Below, piece by piece: positions 1 through 12,126 of a stretch of DNA of 42,400 nt; position 1 is the first letter of the stretch, and each line of letters starts with the position of its first letter. Where the stretch lies: NCBI RefSeq assembly GCF_001194135.2, contig NC_068999.1, positions 38,108,228 to 38,150,627 on the forward strand, written 5' to 3'. The translations under genes were made by a program, and so were the position numbers. This stretch comes from Octopus bimaculoides. Its lineage: Eukaryota. The notes under the pieces were generated by a model that was given only the letters and a program-made list of their open reading frames with translations, had not been told where the DNA came from and made no database searches.

Positions 1-80
1 GTGGTGGTGGTGGTGGCAGTGGTGGTGGCAGTGGTGGTCTGTCATGGTGGCGCAGAGGTGGCGGTGTTGATTGTAAAGTT
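1..80. repeat. GC-rich degenerate (GGT/GGC)n trinucleotide low-complexity tract, truncated by the window start
   Basis: Seen directly: gtggtggtggtggtggcagtggtggtggcagtggtgg... Confidence 0.8.
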
Positions 81-1063
81 GACTGAGCTGTTTATTACGG
101 TTTAGGTTATGGTTATGATCGCTTTTTTTGTTTTCGTTATTTTCTTGTCTATTTCTCTTTTTTGCAATTCCTTCGATTTTCGCTTAAAACAAAATATATA
201 AATAATATAACGCACAAGAAACAAATAAATTTATTTGAATACGAATTCTTTTTTTTTCTTCATCGGTGGTGTGTGACGGTGGGGAGTACTTTTTGTATCG
301 CTCGTTAATGTATTGGATAGATTATTTGATAAGAGAGTGTAAATATGCAAGATAAAAACGTTCTAAATAATGTGTTAAAAATGCAATTTCAAATTGAAAT
401 TCTAAAGAAGTTAATTGTTACACTGAGGAATCTGATCTAATCAACTGAGGAGTGATGGTGGGGTGCAATTTTTTTCGCGTGTTCGGATTTCATCAACGAG
501 TAGAATATGTGACTCTGACTACTTTTATATTCATAGAGTGTTAGTTTTGGGTGATTGTCTTCATTTATAGTCCCTATTTATTATCAACACTTGGCTCTTG
601 CTGCGTTTCAAGTATTCGAGCCTGGCCTTTGGATTTATGAGAATATCTTGCTCCCTTCTTTCTACCATTCTCAGGATCTCGGTACACCGAAAAAGAAAAG
701 GTTAGGGAATCTGCTCGTCTTTCCTTCGCGAGATAATATAGAATTAATAAACACACAAAAAGAAATAGAGCCCGCTCCATTTATATGTAGTGATTGTACT
801 ATGGGTCATTTTAAGGTAAGTATAAACGTTATGGTACAGTTTAACTAGAGTTTAAAGTTTAAAATGTACTTTAAAAACGCCCTTTATATATTTTGACCAA
901 TAAATAAAAGTTAGTATTTCTTTATCCAAGAGAGAAAACAGTAAATTTCACTTTATATTTTGTATAATTGGAAAAATATAATTTTATTAGTTTCTTGGTG
1001 CCCTTAACTGTATATCACTCGGAACACCATAGTTCCATTCAATCCTCAATCAGTCTCTCAATG

Positions 1064-1140
1064 ACTAGAAATAGCAGTCAAATTTTCTACAATTCACAGC
1101 TTGCAGTTTTCTATAGGGATAAAAAGACGGATTTCTAGAC
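1064..1140 (+). repeat. Degenerate copy of a dispersed repeat with core similar to CTGCTAGAAATAGCAGCCAAAT
   Basis: gactagaaatagcagtcaaattttctacaattcaca resembles copies at about 1955-1985 (-), 2690-2760 (-) and 24510-24610 (+). Compared by eye only; family not named. Confidence 0.45.
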
Positions 1141-2689
1141 ACTTTTAAACGAACGATATAAGGACAACTGGAAACGCACGCCATATCTCTATTAAACGCA
1201 CACTAGTCGTTTCTATACAAAACTATGGAATGGTCGCGTCTAGAACGCCTTTGATCATACATACACTCGATCACAAAAGACGTATTCTTAACAATTCGAT
1301 ATCAACAACGATGAATTTTCATAATGACCCCTGCTCCAAATTTACTCGTTAATAATCTTACACGTATGGCATTCATTCGGAAATCGAATCAACACAATAA
1401 TCACCAGCACGCAAATCGAATTTTTGTAGCGTTAAATGTGAAAAATTTCTCTTCTCCACTTTTAACAGTCGGCAGTCTGCTTGAGTAATCAAATATTTAA
1501 TTATTGTCATAAAGATATAGTAGAGCATCCAACTAAATTCATTAGACCAGATATCTTTGTCCTTTTCGGTTTTGAGAATATCTCCTTTGTCTACTTCAAA
1601 ATCCATCAATCGAATTATTAAAAAAGAAAGACTTTTAAAGTGACTAAATGTTTTGACACTAGATATGTTTAGTTTCAAATCAACCTCGATTGAGAAGTTA
1701 TATTTGTCACAGGCATTCCAGCCGGGACCACCATACTTTTATTGAGATTATATTCTTTCTTTACCTTTCTTATCCTAAAATGGATCGATGCGCTAATATT
1801 TTAGGAAAATTTAATTGTGATTTCGAGAAGATTCACGGATCGTGTAAAGCCTGATCCAGGAAGAGTTTTTGAGTGAAGAAATGATATATTTAGGATGAAA
1901 CCCAATATATTCCTTTTCTGCTTATTTTTGTGAAAACGAAAGTGGTGAATCGAGAAACATTTAGCTGTTACTTCTAAAATGTCGAGAAATAATGATTAAA
2001 CTTTCTGATCTCATTAATGTTATCATAGCTTAGAGAGGGACCATAAACAGACACTGAACAATAAAATTCCTGAATTTGTTAACATCGATATCAGCTTATT
2101 TGCATAAGATCAACCGACAATAAATTAGCATAAAATCACGCCATAGCGCACCCCAACCTCTAGCCTTCAAGCATAACATTTCTAGATTTTCTATACAGTG
2201 TGACCAAAAAACTTCCTATGTTTTACACAGATATTCGTGTGTCGCTCGTAAAGTTGAGCAGACTGGAATGGTGCTTTTATGTAAGTACTGTTTTACTGTT
2301 TTGTTTTCTTTTTCACTTACTATCATGGTATGAATTGGACCACATTTGTACCTTTGCTGCAGGAATGGTTATCAAGCATTCTAAATCGGGATGTGAGGCT
2401 GGACGTGGGGCGGGGTTGTTGCACCCCGTACGACTGCTACAATGTCCTTTGTTCTAGTCCCTTATATTTTGTGGCTCTTTTACTGGACCCTCCCTAACCA
2501 TTATTCCCACTTCTTCTCCCTCAGAATATTGCAATTTTTTTAAATTGTTGATGTTTTTGCGTCGTTTTACTGCTGTGTCTATCGTCGTTTCCGTTTTTGG
2601 TGTTGTTTGGCCTCTGGAAGAGCAAACTTTGACCAAACTCATTACAGACACATTGTATTTTCAAGTAAAGTGTAAGCCGCAATTAAGTA

Positions 2690-2760
2690 TCCAATCTATC
2701 CTATATTTAAGATGACAGAAAGAGATTTGGGAGAGATTTTATTGTTATTTCTAGCAGACC
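2690..2760 (-). repeat. Degenerate copy of the same CTGCTAGAAATA-core dispersed repeat
   Basis: The reverse complement reads ctgctagaaataacaataaaatctctcccaaatctctttctgtcatcttaaatataggatagattggatac. Confidence 0.45.
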
Positions 2761-2874
2761 CATTGGCCATATTGTTGATCACATGTCGAGATAAATGTGA
2801 CTTGGTAAATATGACAATAATTTTTCCTCTAAAGTTTTACAGTAATTACATCCTGGAGGAATCACTTTATTCAT

Positions 2875-3200
2875 GACTACACGATCCCGGGTTCAGTCCC
2901 ACGGCTTGGCACCTTGGGCAAGTGTCTTCTACCATGGCCCTGGGTTGATTTGGTAGACGAAAAGCTGAGAGAAGCCCGTCGTTTATATGTGTGTGTGTGC
3001 TTTTGCATTTGTCCCCCCACCACCACTTCGTATCCGCTGTTCGTTTGTTTTCGTCCCTTTAACCTAGTGGTTCGGCAAAAGTAACCAATAGAATAAGGAA
3101 TAGGCTTGATAAAATAAGTACTGATGCTGATTCGTTCAATCAAAACTCTTAAAGGCGCCGCCCCAGCATGGCGGCAGTCAAACAAATGAAATTAGTAAAA
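2875..3200 (+). mobile_element. tRNA-derived SINE (family A, octopus-type), nearly full length and decayed
   Basis: It has a Pol III B-box-like gggttcagtccc (2889-2900), then ggcaccttgggcaagtgtcttct, an internal (TG)n, a 3' part ending ccccagcatggcggcagtcaaa and an A-rich tail. It is homologous by eye to 15185-15345, 16211-16444 and 33402-33560. Confidence 0.8.
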
Positions 3201-3960
3201 AAAAAAAAAGAACAAAACATTATATTCAGTTAGATTCTGCTTTCATTTATTCCTTAACATTCATGTCTATTTAATTCCGGAATTATCTCAATCACTAAGT
3301 TGCAATTTTGTGATGAATTATTTCGGCACTTCATAATAGACAGTACTATAAAGAAACGACAAGTGAATCGCTATGTAACCCTTTTTTTGTTTTTTAAAAT
3401 TTTTAAATTGTTTTTTAGAATTTAAAAATGTATAACATGACTGTTTCACGGTACAAAATAGGAAATATTTAAATATATCCTGGAATCATTCCTTTCCGTT
3501 GTCTACCATTTTCACAATCTTGATTCACGTAGTCAAAGCCGTTTGTTTAGAAAATAAGGCTTCACTCAATGAAAGATAATTTTATCGGTTCTGAGTCAAA
3601 CGTCTTCATTATTACTTTTGAAAAAAATTAATCATTTAATCTAAAAAAAAAAAAATAGTTGCATGTTAAACGAGCTGTCGTCAGATAAGTGATTATTTCG
3701 TTTCAGAATTTAAATATACTTGAAATATAATTATCCTTTAGTTCAAATTAGCAAATCATTTGTAGCTCTTTCTCCCTCTCTCTCATTCTCTCTCACTTTC
3801 TCTCTCTGCCTATACACAATATACACAATTTTGCACTCATTTTATACTTTTCTCTTGCGTCCCGTTTGTGTCACATCTCACTCTCTATTTCTCTGTCTTT
3901 CTCACACACACACCCGCATGTTTTGCATCCTCTCTTTCTCTATCTGTGTGATTGTCTCAC

Positions 3961-3967
3961 TCACACA

Positions 3968-4026
<59 letters not shown>
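3961..4026. repeat. (CA)n microsatellite running into gap 4027-4218
   Basis: Seen directly. Confidence 0.95.
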
Positions 4027-4410
4027 NNNNNNNNNNNNNNNNNNNNNNNNNNNNNNNNNNNNNNNNNNNNNNNNNNNNNNNNNNNNNNNNNNNNNNNNNN
4101 NNNNNNNNNNNNNNNNNNNNNNNNNNNNNNNNNNNNNNNNNNNNNNNNNNNNNNNNNNNNNNNNNNNNNNNNNNNNNNNNNNNNNNNNNNNNNNNNNNNN
4201 NNNNNNNNNNNNNNNNNNCTCTCTCTTACAGTCTACCACAGAGGAAACTTTCCTTTCCCACGTCCAGAGAAAAAGAAAAATATTTTAGTGAATCAACAAG
4301 ATAAGAATTTCAACAGAGAAAACAGAAATATTTCAATGATAGAAATAGATTATGTGAGAAAATAGAAAATATATAATCGTATTTTACAATCGATAAAGAC
4401 AAAATTAATG

Positions 4411-4438
4411 ATTATTATTATTATCATTATTATTATTA

Positions 4439-4475
<37 letters not shown>
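4411..4475. repeat. (TTA)n microsatellite
   Basis: Seen directly. Confidence 0.95.
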
Positions 4476-4829
4476 GATTCCCCTCAAGGCTCTTCATTCA
4501 AAAGTGTGTACATCATGTGATTTCACGATATTAAACATAATTTCATTATGCAATTAGCGTTTTTACACCTGAAAATAACATGTTTATAGAGAAATCAATA
4601 ATTATATAACACACCATACAGCATAGGAGAGAATTAATTATGGCTATAAAGAAAACATATTATGCCTTGCTCTAAAACAAAACCCTTGGCAAGAGGATTT
4701 TTCCATTGGGTGTGGAGCTGAAGAAGCAAAAAGGAAAAAAACATAGAAATGAATGAAGTACCTTGAAGGTTTTTTGCATCCTCAAGTGATATTATGGTAA
4801 AGTTTAATGTTTTCTCATTGTCAAAGAAG

Positions 4830-4836
4830 TAATAAC

Positions 4837-4892
<56 letters not shown>

Positions 4893-4928
4893 TGATGATG
4901 ATGATAATGATGATGATGATGATAATGA
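4830..4928. repeat. Compound (AAT)n-(GAT)n microsatellite
   Basis: Seen directly. It produces the poly-N/D and poly-Y/H ORFs in the track. Confidence 0.95.
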
Positions 4929-5103
4929 TTATTTTCTATATAAGTATATATGTATGAATCTAAATATATATACATTNNNNNNNNNNNNNNNNNNNNNNNN
5001 NNNNNNNNNNNNNNNNNNNNNNNNNNNNNNNNNNNNNNNNNNNNNNNNNNNNNNNNNNNNNNNNNNNNNNNNNNNNNNNNNNNNNNNNNNNNNNNNNNNN
5101 NNN

Positions 5104-5162
<59 letters not shown>

Positions 5163-5550
5163 ATAAGTACATAAATATATATATATATATGTGTGTATAT
5201 ATATATACATATATATTATATATCATATATATATATGTATGTACGTATATAGTACATAAATATATATATATATATGTATGTATATATATATACATGTATA
5301 TTATATATTATATATATATCGATCTATCTATATATATTTGTGTGTGTATTTATATACATATATATGTATATATGCACTCACATCCGACTTAAATACATAC
5401 TACGTATTTACGTATAGATATATGTGTACATTCATAAATTCATATTTGCGTACACACATACCCGTACGTGTGTGCTTCCATTAATTCATACATACATACA
5501 TACATACGTACATACACATACATGCATATATGCATGTAAAACTTTCATAC
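5104..5550. repeat. Degenerate (TA)n/(TACA)n low-complexity tract after gap 4977-5103
   Basis: Seen directly. Confidence 0.9.
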
Positions 5551-5879
5551 ATACATAGTATTGCTTCATAAGAAAGGTCAAGTTGCCATTCTAAACTGAT
5601 TGAGTTATTTTCCTAATTAATAATTGCAATATTTCTATCTTTCTATATATCTAATTAGGATTCCTCTCAAATTAATTTACCGAGTTTTGTTTACATGACT
5701 TAGATTTTTTTAACGTGATTTCATACTTTTATTAATTTATCAATATTTTAATATTTTTAAACATGATTTAAATAGATTATATTAATATTTAATATATGTA
5801 TTGATATTTTATATAGTCTTCAGTAAATGTAGAATTTTGAATGGTTAGTTTAGATGTGTGACTTTGTATTCATCAATTT

Positions 5880-6430
5880 CAATGTTGACTGTCTTACAGA
5901 TGTTGGTGGATGTATCTTTTGATATGTGGTCGCTTATGTGGTTGTTGATTGCAATGCTTCTATCGTTTTTAATGATTAAATGTAGCAGGTTTTTTTTGTT
6001 ATATTTCATTGTGAAGTCAATATTGTTAATTAATATTCAGTAAAGTTTAGAATTTATTGAGTTGATTGCGTCTGTTTATCTACAAATTAAAGCAATCATT
6101 AGAGTTCTATTTGTCATTGTCAAATATATCGCTATGGATGTTGATGTCGATCTGTACAGCGGAATATTTTATAATTCCACCCCTAAAGTGCTTGACTATT
6201 TTATCGTAAGTTAAGGCAATTTTTATTCTAATCGCATTTCAAGATACTTATCTGGGAATAATTATTTAGTAATATGATTCCCCCTTCACTCATGAATTTT
6301 ATACCATTTTTATACATTCGGGAATTTCATTAGTAAAATTGGCAACCCTCAGTTCTATTCTTACAAATGGATATTCTTGTAAAAGTGTAGTACAAAGACT
6401 TCATATATCAAATGATACAATATGGGTGTA
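5880..6430 (-). mobile_element. Highly decayed Penelope-like element reverse transcriptase remnant
   Basis: Minus-strand translations give IVSFDI*SLCT (6421-6389; cf. PLE motif VSFDIKSLYTNI). They also give a frameshifted RYI-D-like motif near 6131-6113, and NNIDFTMKYNKKNLLHLIIKN (6027 to about 5965; cf. NIKFTME...LPFLD). The motifs are in the correct order, with many stops. The family call rests on recalled motifs. Confidence 0.55.
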
Positions 6431-6604
6431 AAGTTTTCGAGAGATAGTTTCATTGGTGCATGTTATCTTTTACAGAACATGTTATTTCTTTAAGAATATG
6501 TTTCCATACAATATATAAAAATATTTCTGAGTCTATATAAATCACAATTAACACAAAACAATTACACTTAATCTTAAATCAATAGCATGTGATCGGTTAA
6601 TGCA

Positions 6605-6650
6605 CATCATTACATCATATTACATCATATTACATCATTACATCATTACA
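6605..6650. repeat. Short tandem repeat of ATTACATC(AT) units
   Basis: catcattacatcatattacatcatattacatcattacatcattaca. Confidence 0.8.
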
Positions 6651-6731
6651 AATTAAATGAAATAAGTACCGGTTTCAAGATCAAACGATTGTCAACTTAT
6701 GTAAAGAAAACTTTTTGCTGTCAATAGGACG

Positions 6732-6733
6732 CC

Positions 6734-6764
<31 letters not shown>

Positions 6765-7016
6765 TTTTCGTAATTTCTATTCCATTTATCTTGCACCTAT
6801 AATATTCGAACTTCTAGCATGGTTGTATGCAAGCCCTTACCGATCGCGTCAATATCTTTTTACTGATCTATGTTTGTATCTCAGTTTGATTTTTATACTT
6901 TATCGAGAGATTGCTTATAAACGCGTTTATATTTGGGTTTGTTTTTCAGCATGTTTTAGTAATTTTACTGTTATTTCGGAAACACTGTAACGAAGTAAGA
7001 ATTAATTATCGATCTG
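6732..7016 (+). other. 285-bp segment duplicated identically at 7559-7843, probable assembly artefact beside gap 7017-7307
   Basis: Both copies start at a (TA)n of the same length and match to the gap edge with an offset of 827 bp. Confidence 0.8.
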
Positions 7017-7560
7017 NNNNNNNNNNNNNNNNNNNNNNNNNNNNNNNNNNNNNNNNNNNNNNNNNNNNNNNNNNNNNNNNNNNNNNNNNNNNNNNNNNNN
7101 NNNNNNNNNNNNNNNNNNNNNNNNNNNNNNNNNNNNNNNNNNNNNNNNNNNNNNNNNNNNNNNNNNNNNNNNNNNNNNNNNNNNNNNNNNNNNNNNNNNN
7201 NNNNNNNNNNNNNNNNNNNNNNNNNNNNNNNNNNNNNNNNNNNNNNNNNNNNNNNNNNNNNNNNNNNNNNNNNNNNNNNNNNNNNNNNNNNNNNNNNNNN
7301 NNNNNNNCCCCATGAATAAACAAAAACTTAGTCGTTGTTGTTTTGTTTCAGATCAGCCTTCATCAGACCGACCTTCTATTAGTATTTTAAAATATGTGAT
7401 CCTTTTCACCTGACCATCAACGTCATTATGTTCATATTAGCATAGTCAAATATTAATCAATTTATTTCTTTTCTAAGCTGACGTGCGCAGATTTACTAAC
7501 GACAGAATGTACGAACTCCTAAAATTATGTAATGTCATTTTTAAATTATTTTATAATACC

Positions 7561-7591
<31 letters not shown>

Positions 7592-8039
7592 TTTTCGTAA
7601 TTTCTATTCCATTTATCTTGCACCTATAATATTCGAACTTCTAGCATGGTTGTATGCAAGCCCTTACCGATCGCGTCAATATCTTTTTACTGATCTATGT
7701 TTGTATCTCAGTTTGATTTTTATACTTTATCGAGAGATTGCTTATAAACGCGTTTATATTTGGGTTTGTTTTTCAGCATGTTTTAGTAATTTTACTGTTA
7801 TTTCGGAAACACTGTAACGAAGTAAGAATTAATTATCGATCTGAATGAAGATCGAAATAAAGGTCAGACTAGAGGCCGATTCTGCAACATAAGACAACGT
7901 CGTATTTCCGTATTCAATGTATCCAAGATTGTGTGCAGGTGACGGGGTTAATTTAATGTTATCAAACGGCTCTCCCCTAACACAATCTGAGACGAGAATT
8001 TCAAGCTGATGCGTACGTATAACGAAGATTAAACAATCA

Positions 8040-9240
8040 TTCATACATACATACGTATTCTTACAGACACGTATACACACATATACACACTCACATATAG
8101 AAATATAGACACAGAGAGATAGATAGGTATACAGAGAAATAAAAAAAAATGTACAGACACATGAATACAAGTACATACGCTCACGTATATGATACGTATG
8201 TTTGTGTGTATGTGTATACACATCCACAAACGAATACGCAAACAAACACACACAAACACACAAGCGCACACAAACACACACAAACACATATACATATGTA
8301 TAGGTTTGTTACTGGAATACACTTATAAAATTCTCCATTGAAAACCATAATTATATTGTTATACATTATTTTTTTTTCTTTTTGCGATTGGAGTTTGTCT
8401 ACCGTATTCATTACTGGTGAGTCTGAAATCTCTGCAAATTTTTAGCACAGGTGTGTATTGAGTACTTCACGCTTTACACAAAGCCCCACAAAGATGATGA
8501 ATCACACACTCACACACTCGGGTACAGACGATAAATATATGTATATATATTTATATTATATGTGTGTGTGTGTCTATATNNNNNNNNNNNNNNNNNNNNN
8601 NNNNNNNNNNNNNNNNNNNNNNNNNNNNNNNNNNNNNNNNNNNNNNNNNNNNNNNNNNNNNNNNNNNNNNNNNNNNNNNNNNNNNNNNNNNNNNNNNNNN
8701 NNNNNNNNNNNNNNNNNNNNNNNNNNNNNNNTATATATATATATATGTATATATATATACATATATTTGCATATGCATACGTATATATATTTATATATGT
8801 ATGAAAATACGCAAACACAAACACACACACTCACACACATATACATATAAACATGTAATGTTTATATTTTATCTTTTATATGCGTTAGATAAATTATATA
8901 ATATATCTGTGTGTATTAATCTATGTTATGCATATATTTATATTATATAATGTTATATAATAGTATATATATATATATTTATATATATTTACATATATAT
9001 ACATACATTATAAATCACACACACACACACATCACAAGCACACATATATACAAACATATATATACATTGTAAAACGTATACCTACAAACATCCATGTATA
9101 TATATATATATGTGTGTGTGTGTGTATATATAAATATATATATATATATATGTAGATATATATATATGCATACATACGCACGTGTGTGTATGTACGCGCG
9201 CGTATAAACCTATAAACGTATGTATATTTATAACATTGCC
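8040..9240. repeat. Compound degenerate (CA)n/(TA)n/(TG)n low-complexity region including gap 8580-8731
   Basis: Seen directly. Confidence 0.85.
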
Positions 9241-9899
9241 TGTCTTTCATACTCTCGGCTTTTATTTGCCTTATTTTCAGCTGCCATTTTGCTCTTTTTA
9301 TATAATTTTATTATCACTATGTTTTGTTTGTATCTTTTGATGAAAGATATACTTGTGTATATTAAAAACTTTTAAGCATTTTGTAAATAAACACATAAAA
9401 ATATCTCATATAGATATATGTACATATATATATGTATGCATGTATATACATATATACATTTCTGTTTATGTAGGCATGGACATACATACATACTTATGTG
9501 AGTGAGCGTGTGTACACATGCGTGTATAATGCAGGCATGCATGCATTAATATATGGATTCATAAATGCATTGATAAGTCAGAAAAAATTCTACACCATAA
9601 TATCACGAGGAATCAGTTGAAACAACATCCGGTTTTCATCTAGAGTTATTGGACTTTGAATACGCTTGCTTCAATCTTTCTCTCCTCTATTCACTTCTTT
9701 CTTTTCCCTTTTACTATTTCTTTGCTTCCTTATTTATTTATTTATTTTCTCCATTCGTTTTCCAAAAAAAAAAGAAGAAAAATAGCTGTTCACTTACTGA
9801 ACGAGGGTTATACAAGACAAGATTCGAGTCAATGAAACATAGCTGCATAATATTTTGTGCTGACTAAATGCATAAATTCACACAGCTATACGTGCAGAC

Positions 9900-9935
<36 letters not shown>

Positions 9936-10345
9936 ACACACACACGCACGCACGCACGCACACACATACAAACACACACGTATATATGCATGTATGTACG
10001 TATGTATATGTGCATATGTGAAGTGCTGTATTGATTATTTTCTAAACGTAACAAGATGGAGTCAAAATTTATTTCTGCTATCTCTCTGTGTATTTATTTA
10101 TTTTAGCAACTAAAAGGTAGCGGTTGAGATGCACACATCTTCTTTACGCCATCACATAATTGAATTGATGATTTTTTTAGAGAGCAAGGGGCAAGGCGAT
10201 GAGGTTGTAGAGTTGTGCTGCATATAACTCAAGAAGTGAGAAAATAAGTTGTGTGCACGTGTATAGGTGTGTGTGTGTGCGTGTGAGTGTGTCTGTGTGC
10301 ATGTTTGTGTATGTGTGTGTGTATGTACATAGCAGTATATATGTC

Positions 10346-10376
<31 letters not shown>

Positions 10377-11260
10377 NNNNNNNNNNNNNNNNNNNNNNNN
10401 NNNNNNNNNNNNNNNNNNNNNNNNNNNNNNNNNNNNNNNNNNNNNNNNNNNNNNNNNNNNNNNNNNNNNNNNNNNNNNNNNNNNNNNNNNNNNNNNNNNN
10501 NNNNNNNNNNNNNNNNNNNNNNNNNNNNNNNNNNNNNNNNNNNNNNNNNNNNNNNNNNNNNNNNNNNNNNNNNNNNNNNNNNNNNNNNNNNNNNNNNNNN
10601 NNNNNNNNNNNNNNNNNNNNNNNNNNNNNNNNNNNNNNNNNNNNNNNNNNNNNNNNNNNNNNNNNNNNNNNNNNNNNNNNNNNNNNNNNNNNNNNNNNNN
10701 NNNNNNNNNNNNNNNNNNNNNNNNNNNNNNNNNNNNNNNNNNNNNNNNNNNNNNNNNNNNNNNNNNNNNNNNNNNNNNNNNNNNNNNNNNNNNNNNNNNN
10801 NNNNNNNNNNNNNNNNNNNNNNNNNNNNNNNNNNNNNNNNNNNNNNNNNNNNNNNNNNNNNNNNNNNNNNNNNNNNNNNNNNNNNNNNNNNNNNNNNNNN
10901 NNNNNNNNNNNNNNNNNNNNNNNNNNNNNNNNNNNNNNNNNNNNNNNNNNNNNNNNNNNNNNNNNNNNNNNNNNNNNNNNNNNNNNNNNNNNNNNNNNNN
11001 NNNNNNNNNNNNNNNNNNNNNNNNNACACACACACACACACACACGTACACAGACATTTACATTCTCTCGTGATTTCGTTTCTGTGATATTCTAATGCCT
11101 CGCATAGACCCGTGTTTTGTGGGTGAAACTGGCAAAGCGAAAATTGTAAAGGAGCTCGTAACTTCCAGTTGTACCTGTTGCTCAAATTTGATGACTGAAC
11201 GACTTATAACACTGAGTCTCCTTGATTGCGTTTGAGAAAGTGAGATCTACGTTAAGGATT

Positions 11261-11838
11261 CATACGGGTGTCTAGGCAATCCTTTGTCACTTATACGGGT
11301 GTCTAGGCATTCCTCTGTCTCTTATACGGGTGTCTAGGCAATCCTTTGTCACTAATACGGGTGTCTAGGCAATCCTCTGTCTCCTATACGGGTGTCTAGG
11401 CAATCCTTTGTCACTTATACGGGTGTCTAAGCAATCCTCTGTCTCCTATACGGGTATTTAGGCAATCCTCTGTCTCCTATACGGGTGTCTAGGCAATCCT
11501 CTGTCTCTTATACGGGTGTCTAAGCAATCCTCTGTCTCCTATACGGGTGTCTAGGCAATCCTTTGTCACTTATACGGGTGTCTAAGCAATCCTCTGTCTC
11601 TTATACGGGTGTCTAGGCAATCCTCTGTCTCTTATACGGTTGTCTAGGCAATCCTTTGTCACTTATACGGGTGCCTAGGCAATAATCTGTCTCCTATATG
11701 GGTATTTAGACAACCTTCTGTCTCTTATACGGGTATTTAGGCAATCTTCTGTCACTTATACGGGTATCTAGGCAATCTTCTGTTTCTTATATAGGTGTTT
11801 AGGCAATCCTCTGTCACCCATACAGGTGTCTAAGCAAT
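11261..11838 (+). repeat. 31-bp minisatellite, about 18.6 copies, consensus TATACGGGTGTCTAGGCAATCCTCTGTCTCT
   Basis: Units recur every 31 nt from 11261, and unit 19 starts at 11819. There are no indels and no spacers. Confidence 0.95.
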
Positions 11839-11973
11839 ATATACACACACATATATATATATATATATATACACATGTACGTAGATGTGTGTGCATATAC
11901 ACTCATAGAGGATGATAGATAGNNNNNNNNNNACATGTACGTAGATGTGTGTGCATATACACTCATAGAGGAT

Positions 11974-12029
<56 letters not shown>

Positions 12030-12063
12030 TTACTATCTCACTGAAATATAAGTATAGAAGAGA

Positions 12064-12125
<62 letters not shown>
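11974..12125. repeat. (GATA)n followed by (TCTA)n, an inverted tetranucleotide microsatellite pair
   Basis: (GATA)n spans about 11974-12027, then a spacer of about 36 nt, then (TCTA)n at about 12064-12125. Confidence 0.9.

Positions 12126-12126
<1 letters not shown>

Noticed and set aside
2363-2400. EWLSSILNRDVRL resembling a MOSC-domain N-terminal stretch
   Set aside because: The similarity covers only a few residues, and the flanking sequence does not continue the family pattern.
11108-11236. Plus-strand frame DPCFVGETGKAKIVKELV resembling a Walker A motif
   Set aside because: It does not fit GxxxxGK[ST], the frame ends within about 42 codons, and there is no supporting ATPase context.
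11261-11838. The 31-bp array as a CRISPR array
   Set aside because: Units are directly adjacent with no unique spacers, the context is eukaryotic, and there are no cas genes.
11873-11982. 50-bp direct repeat around the 10-N gap; similar cases at 30870-30949 and 39860-40050
   Set aside because: Exact copies on both sides of fixed 10-N gaps are typical of unmerged overlapping contig ends.
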